Made by a program: the position numbers and the translations under genes. Under the pieces are notes generated by a model that worked only from the letters and a program-made list of their open reading frames with translations, had not been told where the DNA came from and ran no database searches. Below, one piece after another: positions 1 to 14,071 of a stretch of DNA of 62,000 bases. Position 1 is the first letter of the stretch; every line of letters starts with the position of its first letter. Origin of the DNA: Vicugna vicugna (Eukaryota); assembly GCA_013265495.1 (NCBI GenBank), contig MU057781.1:124001-186000 (forward strand), in the 5' to 3' direction.

Positions 1-1960
1 TATGTTTTCATTCAGAAGCTCTAGGACTTTAGTTTTAAAATCAGGTCTCTGATCTATTTTGAGCTAATTTTTAAACACGACACAAGGTATTGATCAAGGT
101 TTATTTGCTTATTTTAAAGATGAATGTTCAATTGCCCCAAAATCATTTATTGGAAAGGCAAGTTCTTCTCTATTGAAGATGCCTTGGCACCTTTGTCAAA
201 ACTCAGTCGACCGTGTGTGTGTGTGTGTGTGTGTACCTCTGAAGGGGCTTTACTGTGTTCTGCTGGCCTTTGTCCCTCTGCTCACCAGTTCCACAAGCCT
301 CCACTCTGGTAGTTTATCACAGCCTTCAGATTGGCTCTGTGTGAGACTCCACACCCGCTGTTCTTTTTCAAAGCTGCTGTGGCCATTCCACTTCCTTGGC
401 TTCCCATGTCAGGTGTAGAGTTAGCTCGTCCGCTTCTGTGACACTGGGGACTTGTTTGGGATTACATAGAATTGATAGATCAATTTGGAGAGAACTGACG
501 TCTTCGCATTATTGAGTCTTCCAGCCCACTAATACGAAATATCTCTCCATACTGGAACGTCTTTTATATCTCTGCTCGATGCTTTGTAGTGTTCGGGATT
601 CCTGTTTTGTTAGGTTAATCCGTAAATATTTCCTGGTTTGTTGCTTTATGACACTGCTGTTTTATTTTAATGTCTAGTTGTTCATTACCAGTCATGCAAG
701 GATACAACTGAATTTCACATGACCTTGTATCCTGCACCCTTGCAAAGTTCACTCCTTGGCACTCGTAGCTTCTGGGGACCTCTCTGAGACTGTCTATATG
801 GCCAAAATTTGGTCTGCGTGTAGAAACTTTTATTTCTTTCTTTTCGATCTGTGTGTTTTTCATTGTTCCTGGGTTTGTTTTTTTTCTTTTTGCCTTGTTG
901 CATTGATTAGGGCTGTCAGTACAACTCTGCAAACAAACGGAGAAACTACAGATCCTCGTCTGGTTCTTCTCCGTCTTAGAAAACATCAGGCGCTCGTGGT
1001 TACACACAGCGTCAGCTGTGGTTCTTCCGTGGGTGTCCTTTGTCGGTTCGCGAAAGTCTCCTTTGATTCCGAGTTGACGCAGAGGTTTGTTTGTTCTTAA
1101 TCTGAACAGATGCTGAATTTGACAAGTGCATTTCCTGCATCTGTTGAAATAATCATGTTGCTTGCCTCCTTTGTTCTTCTGATAAAGTATGCAACCTTGA
1201 TTTTCTAACACTGAACCAGCACTGCATTCCTTGAAAAAGCCCCCCTTGGTCACGATGTGTTATCACCTTTATGTATTCCTAACACCACGTTGGGGGTTTT
1301 GCATCTGCGTTTATGCAGAGTGCTGATCTGTAACTGTCCTTCCTGATAGTATCTCCTTGGTTTTGGTAGCAGAGGAAGGCTGACCGCAGAAGAAAACAGC
1401 TTGGGAAACGTTATCTCTCCTTTCACTTTCCGAGGAAGTTTGCTGAGGTTTGGTGCCATCCTTCCGTAAACCCTGGCAGGACTTCAGTGCCGCTGTCTGG
1501 GCCTCTCTGTTGGAAGGACTGCAGTTATGAACAACGCTTTAAATAGATACAGTGCTCTTCATGTCTTCCGTTTCTCCCTGAGTGAGCATGGGTAGCTTGA
1601 CTTGCACAGAGTCTGTGTCCTTCATGTAAGCTGCTGAATTTGTCGTCATGAAGTAGTTGATACCGTTGTCCTAGTGTATGCTCAGTGTTCAGAGCTAGTG
1701 TCATCCCTTTTCTCATTCCTGACTTCAGTAAGCCAAGTTGTCTCTCTTTTTTTCTTATTTTCTATAACCAGTCGTTTATCAATTGACTTGATCTGTCTTT
1801 TTTTTAAGCTTCTGGTTTAATTTATTTTCTTTATATTTTTCTATTCTTTATTTGATTTCTGCTCTTGTGTTTACTGTTTCCTTTCTTCTGTTTGTTTCCG
1901 TTTAATTAGCTCTCTTTTCCCTAGTTTCACAAAGGAGAAGCTTAGATCACTGATTTGAAA
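1..1960 (-). mobile_element. Ancient LINE-1 (L1M-type) ORF2 remnant
   Basis: T-rich antisense L1 phrases such as 'tagatcaatttggagagaactgacgtctt...ttgagtcttcc' and 'ttgtatcctgcacccttgc'. Degenerate, no intact ORF. Confidence 0.8.
213..234. repeat. (GT)11 microsatellite
   Basis: Read directly from the sequence. Confidence 0.95.
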
Positions 1961-1961
1961 A

Positions 1962-4370
1962 CTTTTTTTTTCCTTTTGTTTATTTATTTTTCTTTATTTT
2001 TTGGTGAGAACATTTTACATCTAGTCTCTTAGCATCTTTCAAGTGTACAATATGGTATTGTTGACTATAATCACCAGGTCGTACATCAGATCCCCAGAAC
2101 TTACTGTGTCATACGGCTGGGGGTTTGTACTCTTTTGCTTCCATTTCCCCATCCGTCCCACCAGCCCCTGGTAACCACCACTCTACTCTGTTTCCATGAG
2201 TGTGGCTATTCCAGATTCTATGTATAAGTGAGATCACTCAGCACTTGTCTTTCTCTGTCAGACTTATCTTACCTAGCATAGTGCACATCCATCCATCCAT
2301 GCTGTTGCAAATGGCAAGATTTCTTTTTTTTCATGCCTGCATAGTATTCCATATATCTCCTTTATCCATTCATCTGTTATGTGAACACAGGTTGTTTCCG
2401 TATCTTGGCTATTGTGACTACTGCTGCAGTGAACACGGAAGTGTAGGTATCTTTTCAATATTCTGTTTTCTTCACCTTTAGATAAATATCCAAAAGTGAA
2501 ATTGCCAGATCATATGGTAGTTCCATTTTCAATTTCTGAGGACGCTCCATACTTCTTTCTGTACTCGCTGAACCAATTTTTATTTCCACCAGCAGTGCAC
2601 AGGGTTCCCTCTTCTTCACACCCTCACCAGCATTTGTTATCACTTGTCTTTCTGATAACAGCCATTTGAAGAAGTGAGGTGATATCTCACTGTGGTTTTG
2701 ATTTGCAGTTCCCTGATGACTAGTGACATTGTAAGCACTAATTCATGTACCTGCTGGCCATCTCTGTGTCTTCTTTGGAGAAATGTCTGTTTCTCTGCCG
2801 TTAAATTGGATTGTTTGTGTTTTGTTGTTATTGTTACTGAAGTGTGTAAGCTCTTCACACGTTTTGGATGATAACTCCTCATCAGATACATGGTTGGCAA
2901 GTGTTTTTTCTCACTGTTTGGGCTGCTTTCGCTGTGCATAAGCTTTTTAGCTGGATGTAGTCCCACCTGTTGAGATCTGTTTCTATTACTTGTGCTTTTG
3001 GAATCACATGGAAAAAAATCATCACCAGGACCCATGTCAAGGAGTTTTTCCCCCATATTTTCTTCTGGGAGCTTTATGGTTTCATGTCTTTTTATTGAGT
3101 CTTTAGGATTCGGTCTTATGATTAAGCCTTTAATTAACTTCAAGGTAATTTCTGTGAGTGGTGTGAGTTAGAAGTCTAATTTCATTTTTCTGTGTGTGTT
3201 TATTTAATTTTCTGAACACCGTTTACTGGAGAGACTGTCCTTTCCGCATCGACTCTTCCTGGTTTCCCCCGTCAGGTGTTCGTTGGCTGCTGACGCTAGC
3301 TTATTTCTGGGCTCTCAGTTCTGTCCCTTTGGTCTGTGTGCCTGTTTTTATGTCAGCACCATATTGTTTTAATTACTGTAACTTATAGTTTTAAATTGGG
3401 AAGTGTGATGCCCTCGACTTTGTTCTTCTCTCTCAGGATGGCTTTGGCTCTTCAGGGTCTTTTGTGTTTCTGCACAAATCTTTGGATTGGTTTTTCTATT
3501 TCTATGAAAAATGCTACTGGGATTTTGATTGAGATTTCACTGACTCCATTGATGGGTTTTCATAGTACAGTCATTTTAACTATGTTAATTCTTCTGATCC
3601 GTGGACACAGGGTATCTTTCCGTTTCTCTTGTCTTCTGTTCCTTTCATCAAAGTCTCACAGTCCTCACTGTGCAGACCTGTCACTTCCTGGGTTAAATGT
3701 ATTCCTATGCATTTTATTGTTTTTGTGCCATAGTGAATGGGTTTGTTTTCTTTATTTCTTTGTCAGATATTTCATTGTTAAGTCATAAAACACAACTGGT
3801 TTCTGTATGCTGAGTTTGTATCCTTCAACTTTACTGAATTTGTTGATTATTTCCAACAGTTTTCTTAGTTGAGTCTTTAGGGTTTTCTATATACGAGATC
3901 ATATCATTTGCAAATAAAAGCAGCTTTTCATCTTTCTTTCCAGTTTGAATGTCTTTTATTGTTTGCTTTCCCCCCCTTGACTGTTACAGCTAAGACTGCT
4001 AGTACTTTGAGAAATAAGAGTGGTGAGAGTGGGTACCCTTGTCTTCCGATCTTTGAGGAAAATCTTTCAGCCTTTCACCATTAAGTATGACGTTAGCTTT
4101 GGTTTTTTCATACCTTTATTATGTTGAGTTAGGTTCCTTCTACACCAGTTTGCTGAGGGTTTAGGGTTTTTTATTCAAGAAAGAATATTGTATTTTGTCC
4201 AATTCTTTTTCTGCATATACTGAGACAACGAGATGATATAGTAATCTGCTGTATCACATGTATTGATTTACATATGTTGAACCATCCTTGCATCCTGGGG
4301 ACAAACCCCACTTGGTCGTGGTGTACGATCCTTTCAATGTGCTCTTGAATTTACTTTGCTAACTTTTTTG
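1962..4370 (-). mobile_element. L1MA-type (L1MA9-like) 5'-truncated LINE-1 nested in the older L1
   Basis: Poly(T) tail at ~1962-2002, then the L1MA 3' UTR motif 'ggtgagaacattttacatctagtctcttagc...tacatcagatccccagaactta'. ORFs 2273-3143 contain L1 ORF2 C-terminal-like peptides (IKTTVRYHLT, ELPYDLAISLL, EILPFATAW). Confidence 0.85.
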
Positions 4371-4374
4371 AGAA

Positions 4375-6550
4375 ATAATTTTTGGTGCTATAAATTTCCA
4401 CCTGAACACTGCTGCAGCTACATTCCACCACAATTTTTTAATATTGATTTTTATTTTCATTCAATTCAAAATATTTTCTAATTCTCTTTGTCACTTCTTT
4501 TTTGACCCAGGTGTTGTTTGGAAGTCTTTTTGTTTAGTTTCCAGATATTTGGTGATTTTTCTGGATATTTTTTCTGTTACTGATTTCTAATTTAATTATA
4601 TTGAGGCCAGAGAACAAATTGTGTATATTTTCAATTATTTAAAATGTACTGACTTTTTCATGGCCTAGAATATAGACTGTATTGGTGAATGTTCCATACG
4701 TACACAAAATATGTATTGTGTTATTATTAGGTAGTGTATTTTATAAATGTCAATTTAATCAAGTTACTGGATAGTATTGTACAAATTCTGTAAATCCTTG
4801 TGGATACTTTACCTTCCTGCTCTATTAATTACTGGGGGACAAGTGTTGAAATTTCCAAGTATAATTATGGCTTCATCCATTTCTTTGTTCAGTTTGATCA
4901 GCTTTTGGTTCATGTGCATGAAGCTCTTTCACTGGATGCACACACATCTAGGGTTGTTATGCCTTCTGGGTATGCTTTTAATTATGTGTTGTTAGTTATG
5001 TAGTGTCCCTTCTCATTCCTGCAAGGCATCTTGCTCTAAATTCTAATCTACCTGAGATCAGTACTGTCACACTAGCTCTCTCCTGCCTTGTATTTGCATG
5101 CAATATCTTTCCCATGCTTTACTTTCATCTACTCTAGCTCATTACATTAAAAGTGAATTTCCTGTGGATAGAATATATTTGCAATGAAAATCTCTCCTTT
5201 TAATTATGGATTTTGCACCTTTGTATTTAAATCTACCATCTTGTACTTATTATTTTTTGAAATATTTGTTTCATCTGTGCTTTGATCCTTTGTTTTCTTT
5301 GTCTGATTTTGGGTTGAGTATTTGTTATGATTCCAATTCTATTTCCACTCTTGTTTTATTGGTTATAACTCTTTTTAATTCTTCAGTGGTTGCTCTGTGT
5401 TTTCCAATATGTATTTTAATTTGTTAGAGTTCACCTTCAAATAATATTATACCGCTTATTGTGAGATTTTTAGTTCAGTCCTTTAAAGATGCCACTTTGC
5501 TGGTTTCGGGTTTTGATCCAGGCTTTGATAACCTTTCTTTTTTGTTACCTTTTGTCAACGTGTCTTCGAATGTTTTCTCCTGCTATGTTGTTGTTTGCTA
5601 TATGTATGTTATCCCATTTGATGTTATGTCACAGCTCCCAGAAGGATGCTCCATGTTTCCGCTGTCTTCTCTTTGTGTTACAATTTCAGTAGTTTCTGTT
5701 GACCGGTCCTTAAGTTCACTCATTCGTCCCTTGGCTGTATCCTGTCTGTTCATGAGTCCATCAAAGTAGTTCTTCATTTCTGACACTACATTTTATTTGT
5801 TCTAGTATGTCAGTTTGACTTTCTTATACTTTCCACACCTGTAATGAAATGCGCTATCTCTTCCTGCATGTCCCCTCTTTCCCCATTAGACTCATTAATT
5901 TATTAATCACAGTTGTTTCAATGTCCCTGCCTAATAGTTCCAAAGTGTGTCATCTTAGGATCTGGTCCTGTTGTTTGCTTTATCTCTTGCCAATGGTTTG
6001 CCTTTTATTGCTCCATTAGTGTGTCTTGTAACCTTTATTCAATGTCCATCAGCATGAGTAGAACAACAGAGCATGAGGCAAATAGGATTTGCTCCTGGAA
6101 GTGGGCACACCCTTTCTTCCGTCAGGCTGTTAGTGAATGGCGTGGGTGCATGCATTCAGGTGTCCACCTGGATTTGAATTTTGTTGCTACAGTTGCCAGC
6201 CTGCCCCCCAGACTTCAAAACCCTTAAGAATGACTTTTGCTTAGATTAAGTTCCGGGTGTCTGGCAGTCTTAATATTTGTGCCCCTCTCAACTTCCAGCC
6301 GCTTCCGTATTCCTGAACCACAGAAAAGGGCATGGTCCGTGCCCTTGGCCCTGCGCCAGTGGTGGGCGGCTGTTACTTTTACCTGCGTTCTGAGGCTGGC
6401 TGTTGGGCAGGAGTCCTTGTCCTGTCTCAGTACAGAGAACCTTGTTATCCAGGCTTCCAGGGCGAGAGTTTCCCGGTGTTTCAGCTTCTTTCAATCTATT
6501 TGAGAGATTTTGAAAGAGTTTGTGTCCTCATGTTCCTCACTTCTCCTCTT
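4375..6550 (-). mobile_element. Continuation of ancient L1M (ORF2 5' part, ORF1 fragment, 5' region)
   Basis: The host L1 resumes at 'tgctataaatttcc...ttttcattcaattcaaaatattttctaatt'. ORF 5598..5786 (MSEMKNYFDGLMNRQDTAKGRMSELKDRS) resembles the L1 ORF1p coiled coil. Confidence 0.75.
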
Positions 6551-9500
6551 CCCAGCTCTACCGACATAATTTGAGGTTATGTATTTGGATTATAATTATT
6601 ATTCTTTTCAGCTTCAGTGTGGGGGAAAAAGTTGCTTAGAATTTTTCACTCATTCTTGTAACCAAATTAACAAATGTTTACATATATTCTATGTGATGGA
6701 CAAAAGTTGTTGACAACTACAGATACTTGGAAAACTGATTTTCCCATTCTTAGCTCTTGATTTAGATTAATTCCTCAATTAGTGGAGGAAACAGAAGAGA
6801 AAAAAATAAATTTTATGATAGAAACGTTTCCCAAGTTTTTCATATCGTATAAAAGAATTCTAAAGTGATAATGCTGTCGTGATTTGAAAATCAGAGGAAA
6901 CATAAAGCTTAAATCTGTCTTGTTTAAATCCTACTGGTAATTGCTTGAGAAAATAGGATCGGTGTGAGCAGATTCGAAATAGTCACATGAAACAGAAGGA
7001 ACAAACTCCGACGAAACATACAAGCGGCACAGCGGAAGGCTGGAAGCAGACTGAAAGGAAGGCAGGACGGAAGGCCACGCAAAGCAGGACGTAATATCAT
7101 GCCAGAAGAAATATTAAGGCAGGAAGTCGGTGTAAGCATGCTAAAATCCATTTTTAAAAGGCAAAAGCAGAGGCTGTGACCATAAACAATTGAGCTAAGC
7201 TTAGAACAACAGACAAGGCAAAAACTGACGGGAAAGATAAAGTGGAGACGTGGAGTGACGGCAACATCATCGTTAGACAAAGAAGAACGTGCAGTGAGAG
7301 CACTGGCTGTGACAGTCGATACCCCGGGTTTTCGAGGATGTCTCTGCCTTGCTTACAAGTACGGACGACTTTCTTGTTGGGCATACATCTTGTTGATCAC
7401 AAACCTGTTTCGTCGTAATTCTCTAAGGTTTTCCCCGTCAGGCCGTCACATCTAGTGCTGGACAGTGATCCGAGGCTGTGCCCACTTCTCTGCGTTCTTG
7501 TGAGTGGCGGCTCTCCTAGTCACAAACTTCACCAGGTTGTAACGAGCACGGTGCGTGGCTTCGTCACATGTAATATGTCTGCTGCACTTTACTGGTTTTT
7601 CAAGGAGTTAAAATGAACGTCTATTTGTCCTTTGCTCTTTACTTCACTTATCACCTTCTCTCGTTACTACCACCTCTTTCTTCACCATCACAGCTATGTG
7701 TGCTTGAGAATTCTTCTATGTGGCTTTCGTACCACCCAGCTCAAACCATCTTTCCACATGACTTCATGCCTCCACCAGCTCCCTTTCAATTTTTCTTTCA
7801 TTGCTTTTCTATAAAGTTTTTATTCCTATTAAGGTAAACCAGAAGTTGATTTATGCAAAAAGTTTACAAGTTCCTGTGCAAAAGCCTTTCCCAGGTCTGC
7901 TTTTCTTCCACATCTTTTGAGTAAATGAGTCTTTCATGAAGCAGAATATTTTCCGTGGCTCCATCTCATCTTCTGCTTTCTCTCTGTCTCCCTCTCGTCA
8001 TCCTTGGGTGAGGTGAGGAACAGCCAGTGTTTTTTTCCCAGCAAGATGTCAGTAGACTCAGGCTCTTTGATGTTCCACTGAAAGCATGTGACTTAGACAA
8101 CTTTTAGACAAATCTCCAGTTTTCAGCAAGCTGCCACGTCATGTGTCCTCACTGGACAGAAGCTGAGCTAGTTGTCTTCCTATCACGGGGCATTCTAAGC
8201 CCAGTGAGTGCATTTCTGAATACCTCGAAGGACTCTGAAGTTCTTGGGTCTAGAAGTGAAGTACAGAGACTCTTTGAAAGTGTCATTTCCACGTGAGCTC
8301 TGCTCACAATTCTCCTCGGATGAGCCCCACGTCCTAGGAAGCAAGGCAGGCCCATCGCTCCCCAGGATGAAGAGGGACTCGCACTGCACGGGAGAAGGGG
8401 GATGTGGACCCAGGGGACGCAGGGATGGGGCCGGTCCTCGGGGCACGGACGCCGGGAGACGAGGGGCTCCAGCACTGGCCTCTCCAGCTGCCTGACCCTG
8501 GATCCAAGTCTCAGGCCTGGGAATGAGTGAACCCTACTTTCTGTCTCAATTCAACCCATTTGCAGTGTCATTAGGGATAATTCCTTTAAAAGCTGCTAAA
8601 TTACTCATTGGAGACTTCAGCTTCTAGTGCAGTTGTAACTTTGCGTATCCCCCTGCGCCCTGGTTTATGTTTCAGCGAGAAGACCCTGCCTTCTCCGCTG
8701 TCTGCTCCGCTTCCTGGGGACGAGTTCACACTTTGGGGAAGCAGCCACGGATCCTAAGCCGAGGAACGGCGAAGAACCCCAGGGCGCTGTAGAGGGCGCA
8801 GGACTCACAGCACGGGTCCAGCGGGATCGCGGGGTTCCGGTCACGTGAAGAGGTCGAGTCTGGGCGCCCACTGCCCGCCCACACCAGCCCCTCCTCCTGC
8901 GGCTCAGCCCACTTGTCTGCCTGTCGTCACCTGAGGAACAGTTTTCATGAGCTTGAGACTTTGCACGCTCCACTCCTGCGTCCCGTCCTGTCCTGGGCAG
9001 GTTCTGCTGCGTCTTCATGGTGTGTTTCAGGAGGCATCACCCCAGAGTCCTTCCTGATGATCCGTCCTGAGACCCTCCTCTGCCGTCTACCAGGAGCCCC
9101 ACGACCGCGCGCTGGGTAAGTCCTCTGCTGGCAGAGCCCCCTGCACCGCGCCTGCAGGGGAGGGGGCTCCTCTGATGGGTGAAGACAGGAATGTGACCGG
9201 CCTGAAGGTCACATTCTGCCCTTCAAGGTGGCCCCCAGGCTTTCTTCAGGCCTGCGCGTACTGGCAGATCATCACCTTTATCGACAGTACAGTGAGCCTA
9301 GTATATACCAAAATAAAATCCTTCAAAATATTTATTAAATTTTGCATGACCTATCCAAACACGTTCGAGTTGGGCTAATAGTACATGAGACCGTGTGGCT
9401 GTGCAGTTACTTCTTAGCCAACTGCAGATCAGGAGGGGCGGGCGGGATGTGAACGGGAGCCTCAGGGGCCACCCACCGGACATCTCGACCCATCCCAACT

Positions 9501-12092
9501 TCTAACTCGGTTCAACAGACCACATGCTCATGCAAACAAAGCCACTTTCCAGCGTCACATCATTTGAGCTCACGGTACGTGTTGCCATTGTCAAGAATGA
9601 TTATTACACATTCGCACTATCTATTCAGGAAGGAAGCTGCCCTGAGCTTGCTGGCCCGTTTGAAATGGGGGACAGGGGTCTGTCTCACTCTCTTGGGTCC
9701 CCTGGAGTTCTAATGGTGCTTCTTTGATAAATTGAAAGAGAACAATAAAATATACCTAAGATTCTAAGGACATTTACTTCTGAACATAACAATTTACAAC
9801 AAGATTGATCAACTTAAAATTTCGATTATATAATATATTCATATATTACATATTAATATATTGTATATACTATATATGATGTATGTTATATTTGTAAATG
9901 TATAACTTCATATACTATAAACCAAATATCACATTTAAATTAATCAATTTATAACAGGATATGAAATTTAATAGCCACTGTAACAATAACTTTTAACAGC
10001 ACATCTGAAATGTACATGTAAAATGTTTAAATGAGGCTGTATCTTCTCATTATCTAAGCTGAAACAATGTGTCCTAACTTTTAAGTGCTGGGCGTCTCCG
10101 CCGTCCACCTTTTTCTGGCTCCCCCTTCCAAGTTCTTCACCAAGCAGTTAGTAGCGTATAAACAATCCCCTAAATGTGTTCTTTGGACTAAGGGCCATTT
10201 AATACATGCTTTCCAGGATAATAATTTCTAAGACTTCTGAAATGCAGCAAAAAACCAACATTTTCTAAAATTTTCACAAAGCAATTCAGAAACTCCCATT
10301 TCAAAACAAGTATATTGGACTGTTATTAAAATACCTCTGAGGACATATATATTATTCCCCAAAAGGTAAGTGAAGCTGTGTTATATTCTCATGGTTCCTA
10401 AGTCCAAAAAAAAAAATAAAATCCAAAGAGGAATAAAAGCAGAGATTTGACAAACGGTAGACGAGTTAGAATGGGCAGTTATCCTGCTGTCGACCATGTT
10501 AGAAAGAAATATTACTTTCTTTTGTCCTTTAAAATAGGTCAGTCAGAAAGTCAAAGGGTACAATTAACATGAATATGCTTCATGTATGAAATATTTGCCC
10601 CACGAGGGTAAGCAAACAATATCCCTTTGATAGAAAAGCTGTGATCATTTGCCTTAAGTTTCTTTAACTAAATAAGTATTTCGCATGTTCCCAGCATGAG
10701 TTTTCTAAGAGGATTTGGGTGAACTGCAAATGTCTATGATATTCCAGAATGAGCTGACAGGACGAAAGTTCCCTCAGAGCTTTTGTGGGAACACTTGAAC
10801 AGATTTCACTCTTGTTTAAACTAGAGTTGCTGATTATTTTGGTGACACTGTTGCCAGTGCGCTAGGAAGCTACAATATGATACTTTCACACATCAAAGGA
10901 GACATCTAAATCCATGCAATACTTGCATAACACATGCATTCTGGTCATCTTTTATCATCATCCAATTAGATAGGAAGCAAGATCATCTTAGTGGGAAGTG
11001 CTTATGAATGTACGTGTCCATGAGGCTTACACATGTTTTAATAGCTCAGTAGCACGTAATTACAACGACAGAAGGCAAGTTTCCATCAAGAATCATTAAG
11101 GCCCTTGAAAAAATGCAAGTAGTTGAGTGTCCTTCCTGTCTTATTACCCAACAAGACCCACAGCAAATCAGAACACATAAGGTGGACAAAAAGAGAAGAA
11201 AGTAAATGTGTCTCCCGATCCAGCATGGTCCCGATCCACAGGGACATGTCCTTCTTACTAAATTTTAGAGGTACTTACTGAGGTAAGCTTGCTAGGTAGG
11301 ACATTACAAGGAAGATAATAGAATTCTGCAGTCATAAGATATTCCATAATAGAAGGTGTTGTGAGATAATTCTGGCATGGGCAACATTTGCTTTTGTAAT
11401 GTGATCATCTGTTAAGGTGAATCTAAAAATCAATTTAAAAATTCATAAGATGATTTTGTCCTCTTGTTGCTCTACAGGCTTATTACACAATCTTTCAACC
11501 AGGATTATTTCACGGGGGTCTGTTCCAGGACAAATGTTCTTTCAGGTCACTAGACTCCAAAGATAGAACAAAATCCGTCTTCCAAACAGTGTACTTTTAT
11601 AGACCATCACCAGTCTCATCCCCAACTTCGTGAAGGCAAAATTCACAAAAAATTGTGCACATGCCTCTCTCCTGCAGACCAGGGGGCTATGCAGCTCATC
11701 CCACGCAAGTAACACTTTTTTAAAGGATTACTTGATCAACTAGGGTCCCTGTCGAGAGCTATCAGCAGGTGATTTGGTCCAATTCTAAAAACAGAATTTT
11801 AGCACCAAAAATCTGATTCTGTACAAATCTCCTTGGCCATCTCTTCATCTAAAACAGATTCCATACTCCAGAAACGCAGGGAGTAAGCTACCCCAAACTT
11901 AATTTCTTTATAAAAAGAAATTATGCCCATGAAAAAGGAATTATATTTCACTGAAAGAATTGGAAAGAATTTTTTCATTAAAATGACAAATATAGTTTTC
12001 ATACCTGAAACTAATTTGGTGCTAAAGTGAACAAACAAACAAAACAAAAAACCGAAACCAACCAGCCGCGTCACAGATACGTGAGCACCCAC

Positions 12093-12273
12093 CTGGCGCA
12101 GGCCGAGGGGCTAACCGCACCGCGGGGCGCAGCCTGGATGCCGGGGCCGGCCCGCTCAGAGATGTCGCCACTTGGTTTGCCAGCAGTTGAGGCTTTTCGA
12201 GCCCATGGAATAATCTCAGTTCTTCAGGATATATCCACGTTGAGTCCAGAGCAAAGGCATTATTAAAAATGAT
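12093..12273 (-). CDS. TCERG1L: TCERG1L coding exon 3 (181 nt; completes first WW domain)
   Basis: [60 protein letters not shown](G), within ORF 12022..12300. Acceptor ttttgaacag|ATC, donor CAG|gtgggt, ends in phase 1. Confidence 0.93.
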
Positions 12274-13023
12274 CTGTTCAAAAGAAAGCAAGCAGAACAC
12301 TTAGCACCATGCACATGATCAGAGCTAAAGACTGTAAAATATTCATCTTGTTTTAGGTTGAATATTGGAGGTTCTATAAGCAGGGACTCCATAAAGCCAC
12401 TACTCTAAAACTCGAAGACCCACAGGGCTCTGACACTAATCACCTTCTGGTTAGGTCTCCTGGCTGGTCTTCAGCTACTGACTTGGCCAGTTCAGCCCAG
12501 CAGCCAGTTTACAGATCACAGAGTCACCCCAGTGAGGGAAGCAGTATGTCCCTGGACTGCTTTCTGTTGGTTTTCAAGTTAACAAAGTGCAGCCAGTATA
12601 TTTGAATTCAAAAGCCAAGATACACCGTCAGAAAGATGAACACTCAAAGCCATACTAGCAAAAAAGGAAACTTGCTTTTACAATTTGTGCTTGAGTTATA
12701 TGATGCCTGAGGCTAGATTTTGATCAATTGGTGGCAGGCATAAAAGCTGAAAAATTTTAAAACTAGATTCTGAATCAGAAGTCAAAATTTTATATTGTTC
12801 TATGAAATCTAAATATTTTAGGCCAAACAAAATCCCCCACCACTACCATCTACTGGTATTTTTGAACAGACCAAGCCTATTCTGAAAAGGTTTCTCTCTT
12901 AACCTAGATGCTCAATCTGTTGCAATTAACAAATAGAAATACACAGTGATTTCTGTTATGGAAATACCCAACGACTTAACAATTAACAGCACATTTATCC
13001 AATTAGAGTAGTTGCATTTTTAC

Positions 13024-13170
13024 CTTACAATTAGGTATCCTTTTGTCTATCCAACTTTTCCCAACAGGAGGTGGAAGAGCAGATGGGCAGACATGTGGGA
13101 AAAGGGGCACCAATTCCACAGTGGAAGAGGGGGACAGTCCAACGGACGGAGAAGGACCACCAAAAAGCCA
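13024..13170 (-). CDS. TCERG1L: TCERG1L coding exon 2 (49 aa; start of first WW domain)
   Basis: Hand translation [49 protein letters not shown]. Acceptor tttcag|TGG, donor AAG|gtaaaa, 147 nt, phase 0/0. Missing from the ORF track but continues the TCERG1L sequence. Confidence 0.95.
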
Positions 13171-14071
13171 CTGAAACCCAAGAAGAGAGAAGGGAGTGCT
13201 TATCAGTTTATGTCAATCAACTCTACTTTGTACTAAAAGACACTGGGATAGCTGCTTTAAAAAGGAGTTTAAAAATTCATGTCTTTGATTATGAGAAAAA
13301 TTTCCTCTCCACAGTCCAAAAAAAACCCTATACATATTCAAAAATTTTAAAAATCTATAAAACTTTTTGCATCTGAATCATCATAGTGCATTAACAACAC
13401 TGCATTCTTTAATATTAAGAACTTCCAAGCACAAAACCATGAGAACATGGTAAGAAATGGGCTTCTGCCCTGAGAAAACGAGAAACCACAATGGGAAAGT
13501 GAAATGCTGGGTACTCCTTTTATAATTCTTGAATACTTTCCATAAGCAAGCGGAGAGCTGTATTTTATGGTATTATTTTTCCATATAACACTTTGTATTG
13601 ATTATATTTAAAATTTTAAAAACATGCACAAGTAATATTTTCAAACTAAGAGGTTAAGATTCAAAGTTTCCAAAGGTTCACAAATCCGGATTCCAAAGCA
13701 AAGAAAATATAAGTGAGCTTATCACATAACTGAAGATCCCAGTGCACAGAATAAAACAGCAAACATTGAAAGGGAGCAGATAATTTAGGAGACAGTGTCC
13801 TTCATTAAATCAACTATCAGTGGAGAATAAGATCATTGTTCAATGATATGGAATGCTTCAATATGTATTTGTTTTAAAATGGTAAAAGCATTTTTTTAAT
13901 TTTTCTGTAATGTAAAATGTTCTTCTGGTTCTAAATATTGCTGTTTAACAGAAAATATTTAGCATGCAATATTTTTAAGACTAATAGTAAGTTTTGTGGG
14001 GGATTTTTCTTTTTAAATTTACACAAGAAAAAAATGCAGTGTTTTATACAGAAAAAAAAAATGTAGTTCCT

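Larger units (their letters stand above)
1..12092 (-). other. TCERG1L: TCERG1L intron 3 (partial; downstream exons lie outside the window)
   Basis: No sequence encoding the following TCERG1L peptide was recognised between 1 and 12092; the region is LINE-rich. Confidence 0.8.

Noticed and set aside
615..3788. ORFs of 114-212 aa in the left part of the window
   Set aside because: Frames of decayed LINE-1 with many frameshifts; not functional genes.
6900..7460. Purine-rich, CpG-containing stretch that looked like a possible foreign or viral insert
   Set aside because: No coherent ORF or recognisable protein and no clear boundaries or target-site duplication. A BLAST/Dfam search would be needed to say more.
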